Notes: generated by a model not told the origin, from the sequence alone. A stretch of 63,127 bases of DNA, filler included, from Choristocarpus tenellus KU-1152 (GCA_964200185.2; 7 parts of 7 records of this genome joined end to end with filler, not necessarily neighbours in it), one strand, 5' to 3'. Positions 26,138-40,110 are shown, counted from the whole stretch's first letter. A program made the numbers and translations.

Positions 26138-29100
26138 ATGGCAGCTTCAACAGCATTTCGTGGGGTGCGCTCCTTGACTGGAAGGTCGCTGATGTCCGTG
26201 GCCGATCTGAGGTGAGCATGGGAAGCCGCAACCTTTTCCGCCTCATTATGGTCCTACTTCACCTTGATACAATCTACATTGCCCACCTGTTCCTGTGGAC
26301 AGGATGATATACTCTTGTATATAGTCTAGACTTCCGATTCTACTGCTGTAGAACCGCCTCGATACAAGAGTAGGGCGAGGTGTCATCAATGACATGAATG
26401 CAATACAACAGAGTTGGAGTCGAAGACATACCTTGTCAATGGTTATGCTCAGATTTGGCCCTCTCGTTGTCACCTCCTACCGATGCCTGATTCATCGATT
26501 CGAATACCCTACCTCCAACCTCCCATTGAAAATTTAGTAGCCGACTTCAGATGTTTTCCCTGCCGGTTGTCATCCTACTGGCTGTCACAAACCCTGCTCC
26601 CCACTTGACAGTAAGGAGGAGCTTTTGGGCCTAGTGGATTGCTCAATTGGCCTAAAGAAGCTCTTCAAGGACTCTAGTAGTGGCATTGAGGTATGACCAA
26701 TCCCCCAGTTGCTGGTTGAGGTTGTAACGTCTCGCCTCAAGTCAATCTCGCCATCTGTATATTACCATGTCCATACCATTTCTTGCAGCATTTGCCACCG
26801 TACAACCTCAAAGTCGCATTTCAAACCCCTCCCTTTTCCGTCATAAGAACTTCTCTTACCTGGAATTATCCACGCGCCTCACAAATGCTACTTCACTGCG
26901 TTCTACTTGGTGAGACCTCTAGTCACAACACCACTTCCATGGCCTCTCACCCGCTAATGCCTGCTCTCCAATCCACTCCGACAAACTTGACGATTGGCAG
27001 AAAGTGCAGCCAATGCTCGGTCAGTCTGTGGCGATGCTATTTCAGAAAAGATCAACCCGTACGCGTGTCTCCACAGAGACAGGAATGGGACTGCTAGGCG
27101 GAAGGGCGCTCTTCCTGGGCCCATCTGACATACAACTTGGGGTCAATGAGTCTATGAAGGACACGGCCAAGGCGAGCTTAGCCTACATTCCGTTACTAGC
27201 AATTTTTTTGTGCAGTAAGCAATGTACAGTGTGAAGTAGTTCCTCAATTTAGAGACTTGATCTGAAAGAGTAGTTTACTGTGCTGGACATGGTGTGCCAG
27301 TGTGTGTGTTGGAAGGTCATCCCTCAAGAGCAAGAGTCTCCAGAATCTTTGTCCTTTCTGAGTGTTGTGCTGGTCAATTGACTGTGGTCAGGTTCTTTCC
27401 GGCTTCAACAGCATAATACTGGCAAGAGTTTTTGCCCACTCGGACGTGGAGGAACTTCAGGTGGAGGCAGATGTGCCTGTGATAAACGCCCTCTCTGACC
27501 TGCATCACCCGCTGCAGACTCTGGCCGATCTTATGACCATAAAGGTACATCAGGTCAATTGGTTTGATACTTTGACAACAAGAGGTATACCTGGAACGTC
27601 AAATATGTTGTAATTCGAGTGTTTCACTACCTCTGTCTCATTGTCAATAGTCCTAACCAAGTTTTGAAAGTTGTGAACTGTTATTTTGAAAGCAGAGATA
27701 AGACCTCACCATGGTGGATATTAACTACCCTTCCACCCTCAACAATATTGGGTGAAGTTTTGGGCTCATCAAAGTGTTCAATTTGACCCGCTGATAATCA
27801 TCCTTTCGACTTGGTCTCACCAAGCCCACCATTTAGGCAGTGCAACACCTTTCGTCAGTTCCAGGAATATTCATGATAGCGTAGAGTGATAGAGTAGGTA
27901 CCATACCCACCACTCTCCCCTCTCCCCCCCACTGCATCCACCATCCTGACATGCCACCCACCTGCCAGCACCCAACAATACCAATGCCAACTCAACAGAA
28001 ATCTACTTGCTCCTCCTAGGCTGCAGGAACCCTCAAGCATTTGCTGTCCTGGGCTCATGTAATTTCTCCATCCACTTCTCACTGTACCCCTCTTGCACGG
28101 GCCTATCCTCTCTCATCTTACCTCCTCAGGAACAATTTGGACAATTTGATGGCCTGACAATGTCCTGGGTCGGAGATGGCAACAACGTACTCCATGATCT
28201 CATGCTTGGTGCAGCTAAGCTGGGTGAGAGTTGGTGACCAGTTTTGTGATGTTAGAGCCTGCACGGTGGACACTCTGTTTGATAGACAACTTTCTGTCCT
28301 TATGGGGCATTGTCCGGGCCTATCTGTGGGCTCAGATTGAACTCCACCCGCGAGAGTTTGGGGTGCCATGCTGTGATCATTGAAGTTGAAGTTGAAGTCT
28401 TAGAGCTACTCTGGTCGCTGGTGTGCTTGTTTCAATAAGACTAAGTTGTTTCTCCCCTATAATGTTTCCAAGATACTCCTAAATGACGTGTTGAAAACCC
28501 AAGGAATCGCGGGAAGAAGTTTTTTTTAATGTGATGATGCACATCTCATTGTACCCGTATACTTGTGTAGGGTCACGGTTTATTTCTTGTTTAATATTTT
28601 TAAATTTGACTATTTTTTTATAGAGGGACTAGGCTGCGCTCTGCATTGTATCAATCGATTGCCCCAAGTTCTTTTCCATATGCTGCAGGCACCTCCCTCA
28701 CCCACTCCTCGCCCCCCCATCCCCCCATCCCCCCATTACGTCCTAGCCATTAACCTTCGAATTGCAACTCCAGAGGGTTACCGGCCAGACCCCCAGATTA
28801 CGCAGATGACATCAGATCTTGCTCAGGAGAGTGGCTCTTCCATGCTCATTACCGACAGTCCTGTGGAGGTGAGGCTCCATCCCTGTGTGATTGTCCATGT
28901 GATTTGTGATAATATTTTGTGTGTGTGTGTGTGAGGAGGGTTGTTGGTATGTTTGAGCATTGGGAGGTCTGTGTTCATGCTGTTGTTTATTATTATTATT
29001 AATAATAATGATAATAACTCTCATGGTAAGGGAGTGGGAAATTGCTGTTATAATAACTGAATTTTCCACTACGAGGGTATTTTTTTTTCAAGAAGTGAGA

Positions 29101-32100
29101 TAGGATACATGCTTATTCCTTGGTTTTGTTGGAGGTTCAGCACTTTTGGGGGAGGGGAGGGGGTTGAAATGATTCAAATCTATTTCAATGGTCAACTGCT
29201 GGATCTGTCTATGCCATATTCTGTCTCCAAAAAGAATCCCTTTTGTGACCCGAGGCATCCATTGCCACCATCTGAATTTCATATTTTCCAGAGTTTGATA
29301 CCATCTACAATACAAAGGTTTCCTTTGACACAGCCTGCCCTATCAGGCTGTATATTGGGTGTGTTGGGGAGCAGTTCGATCCCGGACAGGTGGTGATTTT
29401 AGACCTGGGGATGAGATATGTTCTTTGAGAGGAGATGACAATTGAAATTATGGTTTGTATTGTCCCAAGGCAGTAACATTATGAAGCCACCCATGCACTG
29501 CAAGAGAGGAATGCTTTTTGAGACCAAGATCTTAGTTCCGTTTAGGACAAATTGCTGTCGGTCCCTTTAGTGAGACAAAAGGCATGTACAATATTTATCA
29601 CGACTTCATTATATCGCCTATCTATGTGCCACCATATTTAAACTTGAGTGTAAGGGTATTGATTGATAAAGTAAAAACCTGATAAATGTACCAAATCGAT
29701 TCTGCAATGAGCTGATAATCATCAAATACCCTGCTTTCTTGCATTAGCAGCTGATTAAGAAAACCCCTTTTTATCAAGATGTGAAGGATTTCAGCCTTGC
29801 TAAGTTTGAATGAATGTCATGAGCCACCTCCTTTTTTTTCTCCTTACCAACTACTTCGCAGGCGTTTACCTTTGCCTTCTCCCCTTGGTGTAGGTAGCTT
29901 GAGTTAGCACTCTCAACAACACTGTCAAGAGGCAAAGTGCATATGCTCTTGTTGGAGAGCTTGGTTTGTAAATCCCCACTCTCTGCAACCTATGAATGCA
30001 GAAAATGTGACAGTTGGAGAATAGTTTTTGTTTTCACCTTTTTTTTTCATCAATTTCCTGGAAATTTCCTGTTCCGGAACATTTGAAAACGTGATTGTTT
30101 TATGGACTGTATCAAGTGGCGATATTTTACGTTCCTGTTCGGTGAATGATTTAAACAATTTAGCTGCCGTTGATACGAACACCCCCTTCAAACAGTCAAA
30201 TGTTTTTCATGGAAGCGTATCTTCCCAGGGATCCTCTTCCGTTGTCTTGTACGCCTGCCCATTCTGTAGTAGCCCCTGCCCTGCCTATACCTGAAGTTGT
30301 AGTATTTGATGGCACTTGCAAAGAGCAAGTGGTACACACATTGTTAAAACTGTGTTGTAACACATGTCTTTGTTCCTTTCTTGCCTGTTGCTTTAAAGGC
30401 TGTTGCGGGGGCAAACATTGTGGTGACTGACACATGGGTGAGTATGGGGCAGGAGGAGGAGGCAGCTAAGAGGATTAAGGACTACGATGGGTATCAGGTG
30501 TGCAGCACATGAAAAGGAGAGAGTATGTGGAATTGTACTTGACAGACAGGAGGGGTGGGAATGATAGTATCCAGGTTTCATTAGCTGCATGAGTGACCGC
30601 TCCTCACATTTTGGACAAGTATTGCATGTAGGTGTGGGTGCATTGAGCGCTATGGGAGAAGACCATGATTTGAATGTATATTGTATCACAAACCAATCAC
30701 AGAGGGTGTATGCGCAGATCCTGGGAAGCAACAGCTTCTTCAGCAGCTTTAATCCCTTTGATCGTGTGGTGTTCACTGTCTCCATATCTACTGTTTTCAA
30801 TGTATGGGGTGTGAAATCAAAGGGTGGTGGGTTGGAGAGGGGTTTTCATCAGAGATTGAGGACTGTTGTACTGTTAGGTCAATACATACAATTGTGCCTC
30901 CCCACGAAATATTAATGATATAGGAGCAAAGATCGCACACTTTTTCATTACCAACTTTGCAGTCAAGGTCCAGATTTTTGTGGCATGGAAGGAGCCTCAC
31001 AGTTTCTTGGCCTTGGACAGGACCAGGTGTCTGGGAACAATTGAATGCTAGAACCTGTTGAAGAGTGGGGTGTGCGGGGGGGGGGAGGAATATCGGTGAT
31101 TTAACAAATTAAAGGGGTTTTTTGTCATCTTTGTTGTTGTTGACTACTTGTTTTCATAGCTGTACGTGGTGAACGATGTAGCTTCCAATACCCTCCCTCC
31201 CCTTTCATAATAGAGTCATCAAAGGACTTTCAGGTTCAGTGTCACAGGGGCCATTGAGCGGAGTGTACCAAAGGTGCTGCGTTAACCTCCTGTGCTTTTT
31301 GATTGTGTTAACTAATTGATTGACCTGGTGCATACGCACACTCTAAATTGGTGGGATGTTTAGCAATACAGTGGTGCAGTGGGTATCCGGCCACTTTTTA
31401 TGCAGATTACCTTTTGCCATTGCCCTGTTCTGCATTTGACTTACTTTCTCAACACTTGCCACGAGAACTAAATACTTGATACTATTGATTTCTCACCAAA
31501 GGTAATGCAGCTGTAGCAGTAGGGGTGTATAACATGCTACACTTCTTCCCTTCCAGCTCCTACTGATGTGCTTGTTTTGCAATCTATTCCTCACATGCCA
31601 GCCTTGCCTCCTACTAGCACTCTGACCATCCTTTCTCCCTGCCCCCCCCCTGCTCTCAAGGTTACAGAAAAGTTGATGAAGAATGCAGCCAGTGATGCAG
31701 TCTTCCTCCATTGTCTCCCTCGACACAAGGAAGAGGTAGATGACGAGGTATGTAACATAGGCACTTCTGCCCCTCCCTGTCTTTGATTTCAGAGACATAC
31801 CCTTCCAGTACAGTAGGTGCTATGTGTTCAAGTTGTGGTCGTTTTTTTGTAGATTTATTATTATTATTATTGTCACGCACTCGATACGGACTTGTAGTTA
31901 TAGAGTGTAACTAATCAAATAAAAGCAAGACAGATATAGGGTTGGTGCATCCAGTATCAGTAAAATAAAATAAAAACTATATGGTGGGGAGGCTCGTGAG
32001 AAGCAACACAGTACTTGGTTTGATAGGAGGACAGTTTTTTCGGTATCATTTTTCACCACTTCAAAAAAAAAAAATCTTGGTTCCTTAGCACAGTGTCAAC

Positions 32101-32259
32101 AGATGAGCTCGCTCATTAGGTCACCACCTTCTACCATGTTGTGTTTCTTCCCCATCCTCACGATAGGTATTCTACTCAGATCGCTCCTTGGTCTTCCAAG
32201 AAGCTGCCAACCGGATGTGGACAGTCATGGCCGTCATGCAGTCCATGGCGGGCAAGTGA
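26138..32259 (+). CDS. OTC: Ornithine carbamoyltransferase (9 exons)
   Basis: Exons 26138-26211, 26612-26690, 27001-27171, 27392-27544, 28130-28223, 28747-28868, 30399-30497, 31661-31747, 32167-32259 (intron 3 is GC-AG). Motifs [41 protein letters not shown]. Confidence 0.96.
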
Positions 32260-32606
32260 TAGTGAGAATAGTGATCACCATACGTAGATTTCCATCATGG
32301 TACGAAAAGCCAAGACAGGTGAACAGTGTTGTTTCTCCTCCTCCCTCTTCCCCTCTCACTTCTGGTGGGCCCTTTGTGCTCCCCCTTGGGTATTTGAGGT
32401 GGAACTGGCAGGGATCAGTCTCTTACGAAGAGACTGTGAAGACTTGGGGGAGGGGGGGGGGGGGGGGGGGGGGGGGGAAGCCGCCCGGGGGGAGGTGTTG
32501 GTTGTTGTGGTAGGCGTGGGGTGGGCTGCTTTTTTTTTTTTCCTNNNNNNNNNNGGAGGAGGGAGAAGGGAGGGGGGAAAAGTGTCTGAAGGAGGAGGGG
32601 GGGGAA

Positions 32607-32642
<36 letters not shown>

Positions 32643-33832
32643 GAACTCTGCCAGGAGTAGATTGATGTTGTACTCGATAGGCTGCAGTCTGCGTGCTCTT
32701 CATGCTTGCTCTGGCTTGGATTGGAGTGCGAGCACCTCTTGAGAATGGTAGGGATAAATGACATCAAACAGTACAGTAGTGGAGGTTTGCAGGCAGGAGG
32801 GGTGCATTGGTGACCCTCAAGCTCTACATGCAATTTTTGTTTGGTTCTTGAAATGGTGGCTACCTGTCCCTTTCACCTACTGCGATATTTCATCTAGCTC
32901 TTCCTCCTGACTGACTACATTGACTTGTTCTTATCTTTGCAGTTTTATCCTCCACTCTGCAATGAGGTAATGCAAGGCACTTTTGAGGTAACTTGTACTC
33001 TTTTCCTCAGTATATTCATATATATATATTAATGTTCATCTTGTCTTGCTAGAAAAAAAACTGAGTGGGCTCACCTAAAAAATGCAAATTTATTCTCCGG
33101 GAATTATCTGTAGATTCATTGGAGGTGAAATCTGCGAGAAAATGTCAAATGTAGAGATTTTCATGGTACATACTTCTGGCAGGATTGTGGAACTGACTCT
33201 GCTAGGGCGATACTGTGATCTCTCAACACTCAGAAAAAAGAGAAAAAGACCCTATGATAATACTGATGTTACTTGAAATAGACCGAGGTCATCCTTGCAC
33301 AACGCACTCCGGTAGAACCTACACCCAATAGTATATCAATTTGAACTTCCAATTTCAAGGGTTACATATTTCTGTGAGATTCCTGACATGTATACGTAGT
33401 ATATGTGTAGTTGGTGAGGTTACGCGCCATTAACGATATACAACTATGTTCCATATTATTTCTCATTTTTTTCAGGGGGCACAATTAGTAGTGAATTTAT
33501 ATGCTTTGGACCACTATGGAGTATGCTCGAAGTATTCAGAAATCTCATGAGATTGTCAGAGTGGGTACCTATATTGGGATGCCCAGGACGAAGGCCCCCC
33601 GTCATTCAAGCGCCTCGTTCATCCCGTCATTCCTCATCGGTCCCAATTCTTTAGGTCAGAAGTCTGTCCAGGGTCCAAACTCAAACACCCTCACAAAGAA
33701 CAGCGTGGTGGCGCAATGCCTAGAGGTGAGAGGTTATGAGACTCAGTTATTGCAGGGGACTTCAGAATTTCCTGAATCACCATGTTCCGTCATCTGAAGG
33801 AGTATGGCAGTCAGATTGCGGAGGGTGAATAA

Positions 33833-34782
33833 ATGGACCTTATACGACGTTGCAAGGGGCCGTGTGGCCGCAGCACAATTATCCTCGACATTTGGGATGT
33901 TCCATTGGTATATCCTTCCGCAAATGGGCAGTTAAAGAATGCTGGGTTCTCCCTTGCCTCGTCGTGGGATCTGTGCAAGCGCGAGAAGGTGAAGAGAGTC
34001 AAGTGGTGGATTAAACCAGTCCTCTCAGACCAGCAGAGAGTCGAGAGGGTGGGTTTCATCATCGCCCGCACGCACAGGAGGGGGGGAAGTGGGATATTAA
34101 TGGACGATCTGTATGACTGGGTGCATGTGGATGAGAAGTGGTTTTACACCCTCAAAGATGGGCATGGTGTGTACTTGCACTCCACTGAGGACCCTCCCGA
34201 ACCCCCACGGGCACAGAATAAGCGTCACATTGCGAACGTGATGTTCCTTGCAGTTGTGGCCCATCCTAGGGAGCTCTCCAATGGGGCGTGGTTCAATGGG
34301 AAAATAATCGTGATCTGTCCAATCGTGGACAATAAGGCCGCTCAGCACTCCAGCAGACACTACCCTATGGGCACCAAGGTGCTTGTGTCAGTCGCGGTGG
34401 ACAGGGAGAGGTATAAGAAGCTCATGATCGAGGAAGTCATCCCCACAATCAAGACCTGCATATGCCTAGGCCAGAAGGAGACACCATCTTCATCCAGCAG
34501 GATGGGGCAAAGACGCACACCAAGGGGGAGATCATGGAGGCAATCGAGGAGGCGACGGGGGACGGTATTGTCATAGACACCCAGGCAGCCAGCTCACCTG
34601 ACCTCAACATTGACAACCTGATATTCTTTAATCTCATCCAGCAACTGAAAAGGAAGACGTGCCCAACACAGAGGAGTTGGTGGAGGCCATAATGGCGGTG
34701 TTTGATGTGTACCAAAGGGAGACACTAGAAGTACGTCTGGAAGAGCCTCTTTGCAGTCTACGGCGAAGTGCTGGGATCCAAG
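33833..34782 (+). mobile_element. Tc1/mariner transposase pseudogene, plant/oomycete-mariner-like, truncated by contig end
   Basis: VHVDEKWFY...NKRHIANVMFLAVVAHPR...WFNGKI, a frameshift near 34460, then IFIQQDGAKTH...QAASSPDLNIDNL.FF. Confidence 0.9.
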
Positions 34783-36326
34783 NNNNNNNNNNNNNNNNNN
34801 NNNNNNNNNNNNNNNNNNNNNNNNNNTTAATTAATTAANNNNNNNNNNNNNNNNNNNNNNNNNNNNNNNNNNNNNNNNNNNNCCCCCCCCCCCTCCCTAG
34901 ATACTTTGGGTTCGTAAGTCACACCAAGGTCGATGGCATAGGTGGAACATAAAAAAAGAAATATCTGCACCAATGACATGGCCTATATATTACATTGAGC
35001 AATAGGATGAGTTTGCCCAGAAATATTCCCGAACCTTGAAACCTCATGTCTTGTTGTTTACTCTCATCTGACAACTGATGATGACCACTACCAGCCAAGC
35101 AAGCAAATTCAAAAAAGTCCATCCCAAATAGCACACAAGGAGAAGAAACCTTGAAGTAATATGGAACTGGTATTGTGAGATTTGACACAACACACTATCA
35201 ATGCGGCATGTCTATTTTCCCTATCCTGTGGTGTATAAGTCAACCCTTATGTGTGTGGACTCTTTTCTGCGGCAACAGTCTACCAGACAATAACAGGAGC
35301 ACAGTAAAACTCAACAGAAGATAGTCCAATTCATGGTCTTGCCTATGAAATATTGAATCGTCCTGCACACCCCAGTAAAACGATAAGACTAGGAACCTAG
35401 GACTGACCATAATCAATGTCCTTCTAATTACGGGATGCACAGCAGTCTGGCAGTGTAGCAAGAACTTGAAATATCTGCACAGTACCTTAACCAACAAGCC
35501 CCAAGTAAATATTGAAACATTGCATCACAATAAAGAGAGCTAAGATGATGAGATACCGAGTCACATGCCACGGTGCCCAAAGCCCAGAGCTGTTGGCACA
35601 CTGCCAATATAGCTCACACCTTGTTCATGTACCTGCGAGGTATAGATGGTATCAAAGGTCATAATATTTGTTCTTATTGAGGAAGTGCACACATGCATTT
35701 ATTTCAGGTTCCATTTTGTTTTGATCAGCATCCATTATCTAGGAGGAACCTTGTCCTATGCATTGGTATCAGTCCGTGCACTGATGTAAATACACCACAT
35801 GTATCGCCCCAGGTCTACCATAAGATTGTTATTTTACCTTCTTTGCCGAATCCTCGGAAGTTGGCCAGCGGCATTCCGACACTACGAAAAGGTAATTGAT
35901 CACACGATGTTGCAGTAAGAGGCATGGAGGCCTTCTTGGTCGGGTAGGAACACTTTCATTCTTATACTTTTAACAACAAACTGTATGATGAAATATGATT
36001 ACAACGATGTCACAGCAGAAAAAATGAAATGGCAGCACTCAATCCCCCTCTTTGACACACAATACTGAGGGTGCAAGACAATAAAAGACGAATTGAGAGC
36101 AGGGGATAACCAACTGTGTATATCTTGGATTGATATTTAAGTGAACCTCAGTCACGGGTTCATTACAGCCAGCCTTAGTTGTGACTGTCCGTAAGCGATA
36201 ATCCACCAATCAACATAGACTCTCCATGCCAACACATCTTAATCCAGGGTAGATGAAAATTTTATCTTTCACCTGCACATAATGCTCTTAAGAGCACAAC
36301 CACTCCTCTCATTGGAACAAACAAAA

Positions 36327-37723
36327 TCACAAATTGTAGACAATTTTTTTTCTCATCAAGGATGTCGCCTGTAGAAAATCGTCGTTGGTGCCTTTGCATG
36401 TTACAGGCCACTCCCATGAATGAATGCAATAAGCAGATGCCCTAAGCAACATGCATTTGACCCGTACTGCAGCGATAGTCCTTGCTGGTAACATCCACGG
36501 AATTTTATAGAGCACTCGTAAACTACTAGAAGGTAATAATTCTGTTGTAGAATTGTCATTATTATCCAGTCCTGAACTAAGTGAAACCCACCAAGCCAAC
36601 CGAGAGCGCCAATGGGGTGAGCCGAAAGGGCTTTGATCTACACCTGCAAGGACCTTGTCTACTCCTTCTGCAGCATGCTCTTGACTTTGAAGAGATGTAG
36701 ACGTAGACGTACCACTTTTCTTGGGTACTGATTCGCCGAAGTGCGCCCCAGCCACAAGACGTTAACGCACCACTTCCACATGACCTTCCCTCCTAGCAAA
36801 AAAAGGGGCCGCGTAACCCATTCTGTTTACCGCTCTGTGGTCAGCCCCACCCTCCAGCAATTCCCGTGTCACACCACCATGCCCGAACTGAGCAGCGAGG
36901 TGAAGGGGATTGTTGCCTATCTTGCTCACCAAATTGTGATCTGCCCCAGCCCGCAGCAATTCCTTCACTACCTCTTGATGCCCATTCTGTGCAGCAACAT
37001 GTAGGGGAGTCATGCCGTCCTTCCTCCTTAGTCGATGGTCGATCCAGCTCCCACCACTAGTTCATGCACAACTTCTACGTGACCCTCCTCCGCGGCAAGG
37101 TGGAGGGCCAATCCGTTCCTGGAGTTTGACCCAGCCCTCAGAATTTCCCACACAGTGTCGACGTGACCGTTCTTGGCTGCCAGATCAAGGGCGGTTAAAC
37201 GCTCTGATGTCAGGGTTCGATGATCAGCCCCAGCGACAAGCAAATGCTTCACGACGTCCAATTTTCCTTGACTTGCCGCATCATGAAGAGGGGTAGTACC
37301 ATCGCTCCTCGTCACTTTATGATCTGCCCCAAACTCGAGCAGTATATGTACAACGGCACCATGCCCATTTAGAGCAGCACCATGTAGAGGGGTAGCATCA
37401 TCCTCCACCCTTGTGAGTGCGTGGTCTGCCCCAGCATGGAGAAGGCACCACGAAACCTCCACATGCCCGTTTTCGGCAGATAGATAAAGGAGGGTGACGC
37501 CGTCCTTCCTCATGTTCAGGTGTACCTTACATTCCTCAGACCCTAGGAGTTTCCTGACCTTTCCCGCGTGCCCAGATCCACAAGCGAGGTGGAGACGGGT
37601 TAAAAGGTTATCACAAGTTCCCATATTATTGCTTCGGACTGTGTATTTTGTTATGCGGAGGGTCATGTGCCCCAAGCGACCCAGTCCGACGATAAATTGT
37701 TCAGGTGGATGGTGTGCCCCCAA
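36327..37723 (-). pseudogene. Intronless ankyrin-repeat gene with a frameshift and an in-frame stop
   Basis: About eight TPLH.AA..GH..VV..LL..GAD repeats. The frame is broken near 37040 (GGAGCTGGATCGACCAT; DHRLRRKDGMTPLH continues in another frame) and by TAA at 36764-36762 (VVR*RLVAGA). Confidence 0.85.
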
Positions 37724-38249
37724 AATTAGTCTGGTGATAAATTGTTTGGGGAGAAAGGAATACGGAATGCAATTGTCTACAATAAACTACCTATTGTTCC
37801 AAGCGTTTCAGTCGTTTCGAGCGATATAGACGAAATTAAAAAAAACGAAAGAATAATCTTAATAATTTGTTGTTGTATGATAGTAGTAGTGAGTGAGTGC
37901 ACTCAACATAATCGATGACGCAGCAAGTCTTCACGTATAACCTTTGCTTTGTTACAGTCCATCTGTACCACCCGCAAGTAACCGTAAGTGTACACCTTTG
38001 ATGCCTTTTTTAGCACCATTCAGGACAATATTATAATAGTAAATAGATTTTAAAACTAAAAAAATCGATTGTACACACTCATCGTTGCTAAGAACGCCTC
38101 CAAAAATATGCCTTCGAGATTTGATCCTAACTCTCACACTCGCTAAAAAAATGGTTATGTACAATAGTGTACCTAGAAAACTATACTCTGCCCCTCGTTC
38201 TTGCGTCTATCCATAGGTAATTTCGTGTTCTGAGTGTCGCATTTGTACC

Positions 38250-38900
38250 AAACTAGGGTTAGACTTAGATTCTCGAAAATAAGTGTGAAAAAGCGAAAAG
38301 TTGTGGATCCTTCAGAAGTTGTGGTTCCCCAGTGCACACTATACTTCTCCACCACTTCTTCTAGAATGTTTCCTTGGCTGGTTAGGGATATTTTTCACGC
38401 AGAAGTTAGGGTTAAGGGTTAAGTTAGAGATAGGGCTGGATTTTCAAAAATGTGTGCGAAAAAGTGGAGAAAGTATGACAGTGGGACATTCGAAGACAAA
38501 GGGATTCCCCTGTGCACTGTACCGTACTATTATTGTGGATATGTGGTATTATAGACAAACCATTTTCTATGCTACATACTTTAAAGGACTCCCAACCCTT
38601 GATAGCGAAGTGCACAGGGGAACCACCCCTATCATACTTTTTCAACTTCTTTAAACAAAGGTTAGGTTTATTTTTTACACGCAGGTCAGGGTTAGGGTTA
38701 GGGTTAGGGTTTCGAAAATGTGTGTCAGAAAGTGAAAAGCGGTGGGTCCTTGCAAGGTGGTGGTTCCCCAGTCCACAGTGTACGTTGCACCACTACTTCT
38801 AAAATGTTTCCTTGGCTGGTTAGGTATATTTTTCATACACAAGTTTGGGCTAGAGTTAGGGTTAGGCTATTGAAAATGTATGCAAAAAAGGGGGAAAAAA
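38250..38900. repeat. Diverged tandem array (~3 units) carrying TTAGGG runs, with an internal 14-bp inverted repeat
   Basis: gtggttccccagt...aatgtttccttggctggttagg recurs at ~38320-38390 and ~38760-38825. TTCCCCTGTGCACT (38505-38518) is the reverse complement of AGTGCACAGGGGAA (38609-38622). Confidence 0.8.
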
Positions 38901-39879
38901 TATTCCAGTGATAGTTCTTGAAGACAAGTCTGAAAACCTACAGAGTGGGGGGGATCTCATGAGAGGGGAATCCTCAGAATGTCAAGACGCGATATCAAAG
39001 AGAACCTTTGGTGTTAGGCATCTCTGATTGAAGGGGTATCCACTACTTGTGGGATTAGTCTCTCGAAAAGATTCCACACCTCAAGCTCAGGAAAGATCCT
39101 CCACTGGAATCCGGGATTCCTGACAAGGGACCTCAATCAGGGTAATGGTATATAGCAGTCGGCAATAATGGTATGATAACAGAGAGACCTGCTTTCCGCA
39201 TAAATGTTCTTTCTTAATTATGCGCACCGATATTTGTTCGTGGATAGTGTTGCTGATACACTAGAGACACCAACAGTGGGATAAATAAGAGGATGGAGAG
39301 TCAGTGATCGATATATCACATGTATTGACTCACTAGTGTCGATTGATTTGTGTCACGTTCAAGATAGGCTTGCTATACTGAAGACAAGAAAATAACTAAT
39401 TCATAGTCTACACCTGTCTCACCCCACAAGTTCAGCCAGTGGAATCGAGATCATAAGCCCCGTAACGTAAATAACACATATTTAAATCCAGCCATTTATT
39501 GTCCTCTACCAAGGCACATAACCGCGGGTCCAGTGTGGAATATTTCAACAACATTTTCCAGATTGTTTTGTCATCAGTGTTGTGAATTGAAAGGATTTAT
39601 GAGTGTTAACTTAAATTGGCCAAAAAATGATCGATGTACTTGATTGTAATCGAACCGTGCGCAACACGCAGCGCCGTGAGGAAAAAGGTTGAAAAAAATG
39701 TCAGGTACTCTTCATTTCGGTCGCCTTTTTTCCACTACTAATGGTGCACTTTGATGTGATGTTTGAGAGACTTAGAAAAAGACACTTAACATATTTGTAT
39801 GTGTGTGTGGCTACATTTTTTGCTGCTTCAGTCTTCAGGTGGTATCCGTTCTTTTGCCTCCCTTGGCAGTCTCCCATAC

Positions 39880-40110
39880 ATCCACCTTCATCCTGGTGTT
39901 GCGAAGGATGACATGGGGCTGGACACAACCTGGGTCCAGCGTGTTCGTTTTTAGGCTGCACTATTCCTTGGTGTTGAGAACATTCACTCTGAATCTGCTT
40001 ATTGTGTAGCAGGAATGCCCAAATCACAGCGGGCAAGTCTTTCAAGGAACGAAAAATTGGCGCTCCATCCCCTCCACCATCTGATTGAGTTGCTTGTTGG
40101 AAGCTCCACT
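39880..40110 (-). mobile_element. Degenerate hAT transposase C-terminal dimerization domain
   Basis: Minus-strand frame reads LARCDLGIPATQ*ADSE*MFSTPRNSAA*KRTR, resembling the hAT consensus LAR..L.IPATS...ER.FS.AG......R.RL. Confidence 0.7.

Noticed and set aside
32356-32960. Possible terminal exons of a minus-strand gene convergent with OTC
   Set aside because: Splice-like signals exist, but the upstream candidate exon has stops in all frames and the region spans a homopolymer gap. No recognisable domain.
35150-35900. Short exon-like segments on the minus strand
   Set aside because: They could not be joined into an open, recognisable product.
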